DNA of 64,000 nt from an uncultured Candidatus Poseidoniales archaeon (GCA_964389655.1 CAYMED010000003.1:1-64000), one strand, 5' to 3'; shown: positions 48,916-58,830, counted from the stretch's first letter. Made by a program: numbers and translations. Notes: generated by a model not told the origin, from the sequence alone.

Positions 48916-49591
48916 AATCATGCGATAAGGCAACTTGTTCCAAAATTTCCCAATCCAATTCGCTATCGATTTCTAAACTCTGCCAATCTTGCATGGGGTA
49001 AAGACCTATGTAGCCCTCTAGGCGACAGGAATGTTTCTTCCAAATTTGCATCTTAGTGACATAAAAAGCGCCATTTTCCCTAAATCGACCGCTCATTTCT
49101 TGCCGCCTAGGTCTCAAGTGAGGATCATAATTAGGGATGGCAAGATCACCATCGAGGTTCCAAATAAAATCGTGGGATTCCGTAGCAGTAACCAGACTAT
49201 CATAACCTCCATTCACAAACTGCTGCATTGCTGAATCTAAATCACTAGACAGAGTCAATGGAGAAGTAGGCTGGACCAGAAAAACAACATCATATTCAGA
49301 AATGCCTTTCACAGAAGTTATTACATCAATAACAACAGATTCACTTGTTGCTTCATCGGTTGCAAAAATATCTGGGCGCCTATGCGTTTCCGCTCCCGCA
49401 AAGTGTGCGAGATCAAGAATCTCTTGAGAGTCGCTTGAAACAATCACACGCTCAATCGCAGAGGATGCCAGGCATGCAGAGATCGTCCACTCAACCAATG
49501 GGCGACCAAGGAATAAGCGTGTGTTTTTTTTCGAAATACCTTTGGATCCACCTCGCGCGGGTATGATTGCAACAGAAGATAGCTGAGTCAA
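48902..49591 (-). CDS. neuA: acylneuraminate (nonulosonate) cytidylyltransferase
   Basis: IIPARGGSKGI.KKN, QPTSP, RRQ, ENGAFY, EID...D. Confidence 0.92.
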   Translation of the reverse strand: MTQLSSVAIIPARGGSKGISKKNTRLFLGRPLVEWTISACLASSAIERVIVSSDSQEILDLAHFAGAETHRRPDIFATDEATSESVVIDVITSVKGISEYDVVFLVQPTSPLTLSSDLDSAMQQFVNGGYDSLVTATESHDFIWNLDGDLAIPNYDPHLRPRRQEMSGRFRENGAFYVTKMQIWKKHSCRLEGYIGLYPMQDWQSLEIDSELDWEILEQVALSHDFIAG

Positions 49592-49600
49592 ATATCTCCC

Positions 49601-50479
49601 TCAACTAGAACGGCGCAATTTATCACGTATTGGTAATTCATCCTCATATACTTGCTTAATTCCATCACCAATTGCCGATTCTAACGCTCTAATATCGCGA
49701 ACAAGTCTCTGCAATCCAGGTGGTTCGAGACTTGCAGAATGATCACTTCCTCTTTGTGTTCGATCAAGAGTGAAGTGCCGTTCTAACACCTGAGCGCCAA
49801 GTGCTACTGCAGCAACATCCATCGAAATACCCCTATGATGTCCACTGAAACCAACAATAAAATCATCATACTGTCTTTTCATGACAGGAATATGGGCAAG
49901 ATTTAGTTGATCAAAACGAGAGGGATAAGTCGAAGTGCAATGTAACATCACTCTAGTACTCGATTTGGAAGACCTAATCCATTCAGCACATGTCAAAATT
50001 TCATCAGGAGTTGACATACCAGTTGACATGATCAAAGGGAGGCCTGTGTCAACCATTGCGCGCACAGTTTCTTCATCGGTGACGGAGGCACTAGCAACCT
50101 TCCACATGCTGACACCAATCTTGCAGATCTCTTCAACAGATACAGGATCCCACGGCGACACAAAGTAAGCAATTCCCAGCGATGAGGCATGAGCAAGTAA
50201 TTCTGCATGTTCAGATGGAGATAATTCTAATGCATCTCGATGTTCACCATAAGTACTTCCAAATGCATTCGGCGAGTCATAAGGACGGTCATACTGTTCG
50301 GGAGTCAGAAGAGTACGTGTGTGTCGTTTCTGCGATTTTACAGCATTGACGCCTGCACTGGCTGCAGAAGAAATAAGGCGCTTCGCGTGGTCTAGAGATC
50401 CTTGGTGATTTTGGCCAATTTCTGCTATGATATAGGTCTCGCTCAATGCAGCTGCCGCGAGGAGATCGGTATTCACCAT
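49601..50479 (-). CDS. neuB: nonulosonic acid synthase, 9-phosphate (NANS/KDN9P-synthase-like) type, no C-terminal SAF domain
   Basis: IIAEIGQNHQG, PYDSPNAFGSTYGEHR..LEL, STGMS, HCTSTYP, GFSGH, ERHFTLDR...GSDH.ASLEP. Confidence 0.9.
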   Translation of the reverse strand: MVNTDLLAAAALSETYIIAEIGQNHQGSLDHAKRLISSAASAGVNAVKSQKRHTRTLLTPEQYDRPYDSPNAFGSTYGEHRDALELSPSEHAELLAHASSLGIAYFVSPWDPVSVEEICKIGVSMWKVASASVTDEETVRAMVDTGLPLIMSTGMSTPDEILTCAEWIRSSKSSTRVMLHCTSTYPSRFDQLNLAHIPVMKRQYDDFIVGFSGHHRGISMDVAAVALGAQVLERHFTLDRTQRGSDHSASLEPPGLQRLVRDIRALESAIGDGIKQVYEDELPIRDKLRRSS

Positions 50480-50527
50480 GCACCAAGGGTGGGGGAGGAG
50501 CCGTTAACTCCTTTCCAACAATGAATA

Positions 50528-51424
50528 TCATTCACGTCCAATCAAACGAGCAATAAATGAGCGGGCACGGGCAATGAAATCTGGAAAAAACTGCTTGCGA
50601 GCATGCCTACGTATTACTCGCAACTGATGAATCGCATGATTTTGAGAAATATTATTCTCCAATTCCACCTCACCAACCCCAACAACACACCATAATTCAC
50701 TTTCGACCTCTTTGATCTCAAGAATTTGTAAGCCAGACCTCCCAAGTAAGACTTCAAGGGTGGGAGGTGAAAAATAGGAAACATGAGGTGCGCGGAAGAA
50801 GTAATTTTTCAGACTCCCATTGGGAGACATCATATTTGGTACCGCTATGTAGGCACAACCCGATTTGGTGAGGGAAAGGCGTATTTTCTCTAACGTAGCA
50901 AGAGGATCAAGCAGGTGTTCAAGAACATGCCTAAGTATGATAATATCAAATTCCCCTCTGCATTTTTCATCCCATTTCCCCTCAACGTCATCACTCAATA
51001 CCTGAAATCCCCTTACTTCTGAAAGGTGATTCCTACACTCAGATGATGGCTCAATTGCAGAACAACTCAGCCCAGAGTACTTTGTTTCAAGTAATCTCAG
51101 AACACTCCCTTTACCTGCACCGATACTCAAAGCACGGTTGGGTGCTTCACCAATAAATTTAGAGACTCGCTCTACAACCAAATCATAACATGGATTAGAT
51201 AAATCATCTCCTGTTTCAACACGATATTCGGTATCAAATTCTTGCGCATAATAAGCTGAATAACCATCTGCGTCCCACCGTGGGCTCAAATAGACAAATC
51301 CATCATCAAGGCAAATTACAACATATGCGGGATCTCCAAATTGTCCTTTCCTTGCAAGTCGCTTGATATGCGTTCCATCACAGATGGCGCAACTTGCATC
51401 CACCATGGGCCAAGTATGCTCCAT
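50528..51424 (-). CDS. class I SAM-dependent methyltransferase (glycan-cluster type, N-terminal Cys motif)
   Basis: CAIC...C..DG.VY..PR, SIGAGKG, IEPS, FDII...HVLEH..DP, VPN. Confidence 0.85.
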   Translation of the reverse strand: MEHTWPMVDASCAICDGTHIKRLARKGQFGDPAYVVICLDDGFVYLSPRWDADGYSAYYAQEFDTEYRVETGDDLSNPCYDLVVERVSKFIGEAPNRALSIGAGKGSVLRLLETKYSGLSCSAIEPSSECRNHLSEVRGFQVLSDDVEGKWDEKCRGEFDIIILRHVLEHLLDPLATLEKIRLSLTKSGCAYIAVPNMMSPNGSLKNYFFRAPHVSYFSPPTLEVLLGRSGLQILEIKEVESELWCVVGVGEVELENNISQNHAIHQLRVIRRHARKQFFPDFIARARSFIARLIGRE

Positions 51425-51734
51425 CAATTGCGGAGTATATCTTAACTTATTGAGTGCTGTGGCTCTTCTTCAAGCACATACTACGCCATTGGCTGGAGCC
51501 ATTTGTACGAATCAAAATACGGGCTCTTCGTCTTTCGACTATGATGATAATAAAAATGCTGAATTTAGGTGCTGGCGCTTGTTATAAATCACATTAGTAA
51601 AATATAGATTTTTTGCCACACCACCCGCACCCCCCCATGGATCCTCAAGAGGAAACTACTGAAATAAATTCAGTTACGAATCACAATTAGCGATTAACCC
51701 GTCATCTTGAATTACAGTTCTCCAAGCCCATTCC

Positions 51735-52358
51735 ATGGGGGACAGAGATGCCATAGAGGTCTTCTCCGAGTGGGCCCTGAAAGACAGAGACCTTGGCATG
51801 GAGAGCGGCCATGCAGACTCCGTGCACGGTATGCTCTCTATCGCGCTACAGAGGCTCGATGGCCCGTTCTCCGCCATCGATGTGGGGTGCGGTAATGGGT
51901 GGGTGTGCAGGAGCCTCGAGCAGACGGACCGCTGTACCGAGGCTGTCGGTGTGGATGGCTCAGAGGAGATGATAAAGAAGGCCAAGTCTAGGGGGAACGG
52001 GGATTTTCACCATGCCTTCCTGCCGGAGTGGAGGCCGACTCGGAGGTTCGACCTCGTCCATTCAATGGAGTTTCTCTACTACCTCCGTGATCCTATTTCG
52101 ATGATTTCCGCGATCCACGACGACTGGCTGAAACCCGGCGGGGTGCTGGTGGCAGGTGTAGACCACTATCTAGAGAACGAGGACAGTCTAGACTGGTCGG
52201 AAGGCCTGAGCGTACACATGACCACCCTCAGTGAGGTGGAGTGGGGGCAAGGCATGCTAGACGCGGGCTTCGAGGACGTCGAGATACGCAGGGTCGGTAT
52301 CAAGGATGGGTTCGTGGGGACTCTCGCCATGATCGGGACCAAGCCTGCATCAACCTGA
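51735..52358 (+). CDS. class I SAM-dependent methyltransferase, high-GC insert
   Basis: IDVGCGNGW, GVDGS, FDLVHSME..YY, LKPGG; markedly GC-rich. Confidence 0.88.
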   Translation: MGDRDAIEVFSEWALKDRDLGMESGHADSVHGMLSIALQRLDGPFSAIDVGCGNGWVCRSLEQTDRCTEAVGVDGSEEMIKKAKSRGNGDFHHAFLPEWRPTRRFDLVHSMEFLYYLRDPISMISAIHDDWLKPGGVLVAGVDHYLENEDSLDWSEGLSVHMTTLSEVEWGQGMLDAGFEDVEIRRVGIKDGFVGTLAMIGTKPAST

Positions 52359-52457
52359 GTTGGGGATCAGCACGTGTTTATTCCAGTACCCCATGATGTA
52401 GCAGTTCCCTAGCACGGAGTTGAAAATCAGGGTCACCAATGCGACGATGCAGTCCAT
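52350..52457 (-). pseudogene. probable 3' remnant of a membrane-protein gene carried with the high-GC insert
   Basis: MDCIVALVTLIFNSVLGNCYIMGYWNKHVLIPNSG*, GC3-rich codons like the adjacent methyltransferase, convergent with it. Confidence 0.35.
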
Positions 52458-52462
52458 TAGAT

Positions 52463-53665
52463 CTACGGAAAGGGGTCCTTCCAATTTGGTGCTTGGCCAC
52501 CTAAGGCAAGATGTTTAACGAGACTTGCAACTCTTGCTCCATTCTTTCCATCGGAACGATATCCAAAACGAGTGAATGCAGCATTACTGGCTTTTTCATC
52601 AGCCACTAAAGTACCAAGCACTGCATCATTCAGTTTGTCGGGACCAAACACGGCCTTGCCCAATGAATCATCAAGGATTTGTAGTTCAGATTCTTCTGCC
52701 GCACCAGAACCCAGTGGAATAAGATTAACGAAGGGGATGCGGCATGCTAAAGCTGCTGCAACGACTGAAGTCGCAGGAGATATAATCACAGATGAATGTC
52801 GGACAAGGGAGAGAAAGGAGGAAGATTCTTCAATCACAAAAACATCATTTGGAAATTTCATAGATGATTTCTGCGCAATTTCAACAGGATGGGGTTTGAA
52901 CACGATTTGGACATTTTTAACTGATTTCGAGAATTCAATGACTTTCTGGAAGGCCTTGTCTGCGATCTCTTTGATTGGAGAGCGATGTGTGCCAAGTAAC
53001 AGGATAATTCGAATTTCAGGGTCCAGCCCGTATGTTTTAAGGGGTTCAAAGTCAACTGGGTCAGACAATCCATCGATTGAAGGAGAACCCGTAATAATTT
53101 GCAACTCAGGGGGGGCTCCTGCACGCACATTTACATCGCGATTTACTTCTGACCAAACCGCACATGCATCACAACCCATCATGCTTCCACGGTAACTCAG
53201 CCAAGGCCAATTGATGGTTGGCATACCATGATCAATTGCAAGAACTGGAATGCCCAGTTTACGGGCCCATGGGATCAAGTGATAGCGAGTGTGACCTTCA
53301 TGTGGAGATGTCACAAGAACAAGATTTGGTATCCAAGGCAAATGCCCTTTCAAGGGCCGACAACGGATGGGCCATGATGGTAATGATGATGACAAAACAG
53401 TCTCCCTATCACCTGCATTGCGAAGACGCCATTTCCACTCGGTACGGGTAAAAAGATTGCGTGCAAGGCCGAAGCGGTCCCAAGAAATATCCCTCACAAG
53501 GTGCGCAAATCGATTTGTTGGTCGGAAAATAGCATCACTTGGTTCATTCATCGCTGAAATATGAAGCCAAGAAATATCCGTTTCTAGAGCCGAGAGTACT
53601 GACTCCACATGGATAGACATTGCTGGACGCTCGCCAGTGAATGCCAATACTCGCAGCGAACTCAC
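52463..53665 (-). CDS. GT-B-like glycosyltransferase/capsule-biosynthesis-type protein (candidate nonulosonate transferase)
   Basis: AR.LGIP...IDHG, ITGSP..D, FKPHP.E, S....TSV...A....P; near neuAB. Confidence 0.6.
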   Translation of the reverse strand: MSSLRVLAFTGERPAMSIHVESVLSALETDISWLHISAMNEPSDAIFRPTNRFAHLVRDISWDRFGLARNLFTRTEWKWRLRNAGDRETVLSSSLPSWPIRCRPLKGHLPWIPNLVLVTSPHEGHTRYHLIPWARKLGIPVLAIDHGMPTINWPWLSYRGSMMGCDACAVWSEVNRDVNVRAGAPPELQIITGSPSIDGLSDPVDFEPLKTYGLDPEIRIILLLGTHRSPIKEIADKAFQKVIEFSKSVKNVQIVFKPHPVEIAQKSSMKFPNDVFVIEESSSFLSLVRHSSVIISPATSVVAAALACRIPFVNLIPLGSGAAEESELQILDDSLGKAVFGPDKLNDAVLGTLVADEKASNAAFTRFGYRSDGKNGARVASLVKHLALGGQAPNWKDPFP

Positions 53666-53742
53666 CTACCTGAGCCTAACCGCCGCTCTGAAAAAGGGAG
53701 CGGTCATGTGAAGGGACATCATAAGCGATCTGCAAGAGTAGA

Positions 53743-54642
53743 GTGGATTCTGGAAGTGTGATGGAAATGCGCCGCAAGACGATCAAGTTGAGAGAGAAAT
53801 TGCAACGAGATGGGTTCGTCGTTATTCGGGAATTATTGGACAAGAATACAACTGATAAGTTACGAAAACAAATATCTGAAGTATCTGAAATTCATGATGC
53901 CGATTTTGTTGGGATAGAAAAGGGAACAAAGAGGCTTTGGACAATGCCAAATGGAGTAGCAAAGAGAAAAGAGTTTCAGCACATAATATGGAATCCCCAC
54001 ATTACAAATGCTGTGAAAGAGGTTTTGGGTGAAAATATATCCTACCTTCATCACAATGACCTCCATGCGGGATATGGGTCACCTGGCTGGCATCGTGATA
54101 GTGTGAACCGAGTATTTCCTGAAGGAAGTGATTTTGATGAAACAGGGCACCCATATAGGGTCGTTCGCGTGGCAATTTATCTCCAATCCCATGCTGAATC
54201 GGGATTCAAGATGGGATTTATTCCCAAAAGTCATCGGCGTGAGAAAAGAATCACGAAATGGGAACGGAAAGCCCCTCGTGTCTCAACTGTGCGGCGATGG
54301 TTGATTGGGCAAAAACTCCTGACAGCCAAATCTAAGTGGGTTGCCACAAACCCGGGTGACGTAGTAATTTTTGATTGCCGTACGCTTCATTGTGGGGGCC
54401 ACATTCGCGGTCCAAAGTATGCAGTATACATGGGATATGGAATCCAAAATCACCACTTCGACCAACATTGGAATTATTACGAACATATCCGAAAAGACCT
54501 CGGTTATGGAGAAGTTGAACCATCTTTACAGAAAAAGTTGGAGGAAATGAATTTGTGGCCGAAGAAGCAAATAAAAAAAGTAGATGAAATAGGTCATGCA
54601 TATATTCCGAAGCTCGACATTCTAGACAAAGAGACGATGTAA
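53743..54642 (+). CDS. phytanoyl-CoA dioxygenase (PhyH) family Fe(II)/2-oxoglutarate dioxygenase
   Basis: RDGFVVIRELL, WHRD, PKSH, PGDVVIFD.RTLH.G. Confidence 0.8.
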   Translation: MDSGSVMEMRRKTIKLREKLQRDGFVVIRELLDKNTTDKLRKQISEVSEIHDADFVGIEKGTKRLWTMPNGVAKRKEFQHIIWNPHITNAVKEVLGENISYLHHNDLHAGYGSPGWHRDSVNRVFPEGSDFDETGHPYRVVRVAIYLQSHAESGFKMGFIPKSHRREKRITKWERKAPRVSTVRRWLIGQKLLTAKSKWVATNPGDVVIFDCRTLHCGGHIRGPKYAVYMGYGIQNHHFDQHWNYYEHIRKDLGYGEVEPSLQKKLEEMNLWPKKQIKKVDEIGHAYIPKLDILDKETM

Positions 54643-54646
54643 CGTC

Positions 54647-55756
54647 CTATGATAAGATCCGGTCAAGGCGACCTAATGAATTGGCGACGCGGATTGAACG
54701 CGCAATTCGCCGCCCTGTTGACATTCCGGGTTCAATTAAGTCAGAATAGGGAGAACCACTAACGAATGGATTCGATCCCGCAACAATGCGCGCAGATATC
54801 TCAAACACGCGGAATTCTAATTGATCTGTCACAATTGTTTCCAAACAAAATGCCCCAATCATGCCACGAGCTTGTGCTTCAAGGTCAAATGAGGCGCGAA
54901 CTGCCCCTTCTGCAAGTTCAAATGCCTTTGGAAGAAGACTCTCGCGTAACACAACAGGCACATTCCCTGTAACCACGAATGATGGTTCCACTTCCAATTC
55001 CCTTAAATCACGCAGGCTACCAAGTTTGTAAAATTCATCGACATTTGCCTCGTCTCGTCGGTCGATGGATAACAATTCTAATCTCCCTTGGGGATTTGAA
55101 CGGTTTCCTCGACCATATACTTGGAAACCATCTTCTGCATTAGGGTCGAAGAAAAAATGCAGATAATAGCGGGTTCCAAGGACGTATTCTTGTATCGTAA
55201 ATTCCTCCTCCAAATTGACATTTCGGCGAAAGTCTCGATAGTCACGTGCTATGAAATATCCACGTCCACCACGCGCTCCAGCATATTTCACAATCACAGG
55301 GCCTGATATTTCTTCAGGGTTTGTGATGAGACGCGGCATCCGGCATCCACCTGCTTCAAGCCACTGCCGCTGTTTCTCACGGCTTGATTCCCAGCGCAGA
55401 ATGTGCCGATTTCCAAAAGTAGGAACGGCTAGGGAAGCAAAATTGTCAGCCCCAAGATATTCGACCAAAGATCCATGCGGAATTATGATTACATTATTTG
55501 ACCGCATTTGCTCAGCCATTCCCATCAATTGTGAATAATCATCTAGAATCATCCAATCATCAGGACTCGCTAAAGGGAATGCATTGTACATCCGTTGTCT
55601 TTCATCCCCAACTGAAATGCCTAGGGTACGAAACCCCTCTGCTCTCGCACCGTGAAGAATCTGAAGTGCAGAGTGGGAAGTAACAACTCCAATCGTCAGA
55701 TTCTCAAGGTCGTAGTCCTCTATCCACCCGGACAGGTCGGAGAGAGAGATAGCCAT
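54647..55756 (-). CDS. purP: 5-formaminoimidazole-4-carboxamide ribonucleotide synthetase (PurP family)
   Basis: SHSALQI.HGA..EGF.T, IPHGS, GGRGYF, QEYVLG, GNVP...RESLL, FEISARI.AG.N. Confidence 0.9.
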   Translation of the reverse strand: MAISLSDLSGWIEDYDLENLTIGVVTSHSALQILHGARAEGFRTLGISVGDERQRMYNAFPLASPDDWMILDDYSQLMGMAEQMRSNNVIIIPHGSLVEYLGADNFASLAVPTFGNRHILRWESSREKQRQWLEAGGCRMPRLITNPEEISGPVIVKYAGARGGRGYFIARDYRDFRRNVNLEEEFTIQEYVLGTRYYLHFFFDPNAEDGFQVYGRGNRSNPQGRLELLSIDRRDEANVDEFYKLGSLRDLRELEVEPSFVVTGNVPVVLRESLLPKAFELAEGAVRASFDLEAQARGMIGAFCLETIVTDQLEFRVFEISARIVAGSNPFVSGSPYSDLIEPGMSTGRRIARSIRVANSLGRLDRILS

Positions 55757-55857
55757 ACCGCCGGCTGACAAGGTTTCGCTATGACAATTACGATTGAAAA
55801 AAAATAATATTATGTGTTAGGGGGAATCATGATGCCGAAGCAGCCTCCCGACAGGCC

Positions 55858-56955
55858 ATGGCAGACGAAGGTGCAAAGGCCGAGACACCCATGAGTTATG
55901 GGGAATATTTGCGGGTCACTGAACTGATTTCCATGCAAAATGGGCGAGGGCCAGATGACCCACCAGGTGGCGAAGAGATCCACTTTATCGTAGTGCACCA
56001 AATCTATGAGTTATGGTTTCGCCTAATATTAAGCGAAATTCGATATGCAAGGAATTTGCTCGCACCTGAAATCGTTCCAGAACCAAACATACAGGCTGCT
56101 GTGCACCACTTCAAACGGATCTCAGAAATTTTGAGACTAATGATGGTTCAGTGGCGAGTTGTTGAAACCCTATCACCACAGGACTTTCTTGCATTTCGAC
56201 ATCGACTTGGGTCTGCATCTGGATTTGAGTCAGTTCAAATGAGAGAAATTGAACAATTACTTGGCTATTCAACTTCAAAGCGCACAGATGAATTTGATCC
56301 CGCATCTCACATCAGGCGGCTTGGCACAACAAAGAAAGGTGCTGAAGATTTGGAGAGATATCTGAACACCTGCAAAGAAAAAACACTTCCTGAAGTTCTC
56401 TCTCAATGGCTCTACAGGACACCTGTCCGGGGTTCGAAACCCGTTGATGAGAGAGATCAAGAGATAGTCCATGGTTTTGTCATAGAATACCTTGATGTCA
56501 TGGATAAAGTAGGCCAAAGGGGGATTGAATCCACCCTTAGTGGTAAATCTGCCGCTTCTTCTGAAGCATTATTGCAGCGGCACACAAGATCAATTGAAGG
56601 AGCAAGAGAATTTCTTCTACCTGGTGGAAATGTCGATCGGAGTCGTGTCGGGTTATTGTTTATTGAATCCTATAGGAGGCTCCCCCTTCTTGCTTGGCCA
56701 CGCGCCCTTGTAGATTCAATTGTAGAAGTAGAAGAAGCCATGTTACTGTGGAGGAATGCTCATGTGAGAATGGTAGAACGAGTAATTGGACGAAGAGTTG
56801 GGACTGGCGGCTCAAGCGGAGTAGACTATCTTGATGCCACCCTCAAGATGAGAGCATTTCATGACCTTTGGACTGTACGTTCGATCCTAATCTCAGAAGA
56901 TGACTTGCCAGAAATTGAGGACCTAACGCCATATGGGTTTGAGGCTGATGCCTAA
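55858..56955 (+). CDS. kynA: tryptophan 2,3-dioxygenase
   Basis: SYGEYL, FIVVHQIYELWF, FR..LG.ASGFES.QMREIE, WR..H..MVER.IG...GTGGSSG.DYL. Confidence 0.93.
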   Translation: MADEGAKAETPMSYGEYLRVTELISMQNGRGPDDPPGGEEIHFIVVHQIYELWFRLILSEIRYARNLLAPEIVPEPNIQAAVHHFKRISEILRLMMVQWRVVETLSPQDFLAFRHRLGSASGFESVQMREIEQLLGYSTSKRTDEFDPASHIRRLGTTKKGAEDLERYLNTCKEKTLPEVLSQWLYRTPVRGSKPVDERDQEIVHGFVIEYLDVMDKVGQRGIESTLSGKSAASSEALLQRHTRSIEGAREFLLPGGNVDRSRVGLLFIESYRRLPLLAWPRALVDSIVEVEEAMLLWRNAHVRMVERVIGRRVGTGGSSGVDYLDATLKMRAFHDLWTVRSILISEDDLPEIEDLTPYGFEADA

Positions 56956-57006
56956 CTCATGCTGTCGCGATGTAGACCTTTGATAGGCACGCTCCCATTC
57001 GCGTAT

Positions 57007-57870
57007 GTGGCTACGATAGGGAGAGGTCTGGCAAATGCCTCGCTGACACTGCTTCCTGCTGCTGCATTTGGATACGCTGCTGGCATGGCAATTGACCTCA
57101 AAGTTACGGCGCGCCTCCGTGATGACCCCGCAAATAGCCCGCCTGATGACCCAGATAGACTTCTACCCGCAATATATGACGCATGGTTGGAATCTGGTTT
57201 TCCATCACCTGCTGAACATATTGATTGGATCATCGATTCAGGAATCCCAATTCAAGAAGGACTAAATTCGTCATCTGCAGTGGGCATGGCTGCAGTTCGA
57301 GCCCTTGCACAAGCAACAGGTACTGATCTCTCAGATGCTATGGCAGTTGACCTCGTTGTCTATGCTCATGCCACTTCAGGAATATCAGAGTGGGGTGATC
57401 CTGCACAAGCCTGGGCATCTGCAGTTCCAGGATGGCATGTTAGTGTGATTGGCCATTCTGCTGATGAAGGGAGAGTGCTGCATGGCCCATCTCCAAACCC
57501 TGAGGATTATCGCTGTTTCCTCTTGTTGCGGGATGAAGATGCGCCCACACCAGCAACTATTGAGCAGATCCAAGCACATGCCTCTGCATATGAGCCGGCT
57601 TTAGCAGCGCTGCAAAAGGGAGATGCAATGGGAGCAATTACTCATTCTGGAAGAGCAAGTGCACAAGCAGCAGGGGACCATCCCGGACGGCATATAGCAA
57701 ATGATGCTGTGATAAAAGGGGCAAGGGCTGCTGGGTTATGTCCCGATGGCCCTACAATTGTTGTTTTTGTTCTATCATCACTTACGCCTACTGTTGAATT
57801 TCTTACATCCACATGGAAGCAGCGAGGACTTGAGGTGTTTGAAGCAAAAACAGTCATCATTGCTTCTTGA
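57007..57870 (+). CDS. archaeal shikimate kinase-like GHMP protein (divergent)
   Basis: G.AIDLKV.A, SGIP...GLNSSSA GHMP motif, GA.AAGL..GP; GTG at 57007 preferred. Confidence 0.65.
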   Translation: MATIGRGLANASLTLLPAAAFGYAAGMAIDLKVTARLRDDPANSPPDDPDRLLPAIYDAWLESGFPSPAEHIDWIIDSGIPIQEGLNSSSAVGMAAVRALAQATGTDLSDAMAVDLVVYAHATSGISEWGDPAQAWASAVPGWHVSVIGHSADEGRVLHGPSPNPEDYRCFLLLRDEDAPTPATIEQIQAHASAYEPALAALQKGDAMGAITHSGRASAQAAGDHPGRHIANDAVIKGARAAGLCPDGPTIVVFVLSSLTPTVEFLTSTWKQRGLEVFEAKTVIIAS

Positions 57871-57875
57871 AGAAA

Positions 57876-58829
57876 CTAAGAATCTCTTGACTCTCTCCAA
57901 GAATTTATTCTAGAAGGCAAGTCAATTGCGAAAAGAAGGCCCACAACTAAGAAAACAATCAAAGTTCCAAGGGCGACCCCATAAACGCTGGTTAACTCAA
58001 CACTCTCTTCTAGCCGAAGGGCTGCATCTGCGCTGAAAATTGAAGCAATGGTGGGAATGATCGTATTAAATGAGAGAGCAAACCAAGCAACTGCACCTGC
58101 CATCAGAGGATTTATGATCAATGATCTTCGGTACTTTCCTGCAACCTTTTTGATGTTCATAACATATACTTCATTTGTCCGAATGCTCGTATCTAACATG
58201 CTAAAACGAAGAACACCATTCGATAATTCAAAAAAGAGCACAAGAGAAATTGCATATCCAATGACCAATAAGTTCTGAGACATTTCAGACTCAAGGAAGG
58301 CAATATCTTGAGAGAGAGTCAAATCACTTGATGCAAATCGGAGAGCTGTAATGATGAAAAGAACATATGAAATCAAGAGATAAAGTTGATCTCGCTTCAT
58401 GATCCCGATACCCCCAACTGCAATGCCTCCAACAATAATCAAAGTATGAATTAGTACAGCAATTTGCCCTCCATTGAGTAAAGCAAACCACATTGTTCCT
58501 GAAACTGGGTTCACGATGTATGTCAAAATACCAAGAATACCGAGAATGATATAACTCAGTAACTGTAAATTCCGAACCATGCTATCTGCTCGAAGAAATT
58601 TAGTGCGTTGGACAATTGGACCACCAAGAAGTGATTCTACAAATCCAGGTACATGAACATCAGGTATTGCATCTTCAGGAATAGACGAATCTGCAGATTG
58701 ATTTCCAGCAGCACGGCGGCGACTTGGGGCTGATGAGCGTACATCTTTCGTGTAAAGGTCAATTTTCTTCCCACCAGCAGTACCAGATGGGGGAGGAGAG
58801 CCAGCATTTGGAGGAGGGGGGGCTACCAT
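57876..58829 (-). CDS. multi-pass membrane protein of the MoxR operon
   Basis: About 6 TM helices, Pro-rich N-terminus, GGGGG RBS. Confidence 0.75.
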   Translation of the reverse strand: MVAPPPPNAGSPPPSGTAGGKKIDLYTKDVRSSAPSRRRAAGNQSADSSIPEDAIPDVHVPGFVESLLGGPIVQRTKFLRADSMVRNLQLLSYIILGILGILTYIVNPVSGTMWFALLNGGQIAVLIHTLIIVGGIAVGGIGIMKRDQLYLLISYVLFIITALRFASSDLTLSQDIAFLESEMSQNLLVIGYAISLVLFFELSNGVLRFSMLDTSIRTNEVYVMNIKKVAGKYRRSLIINPLMAGAVAWFALSFNTIIPTIASIFSADAALRLEESVELTSVYGVALGTLIVFLVVGLLFAIDLPSRINSWRESRDS

Positions 58830-58830
58830 T

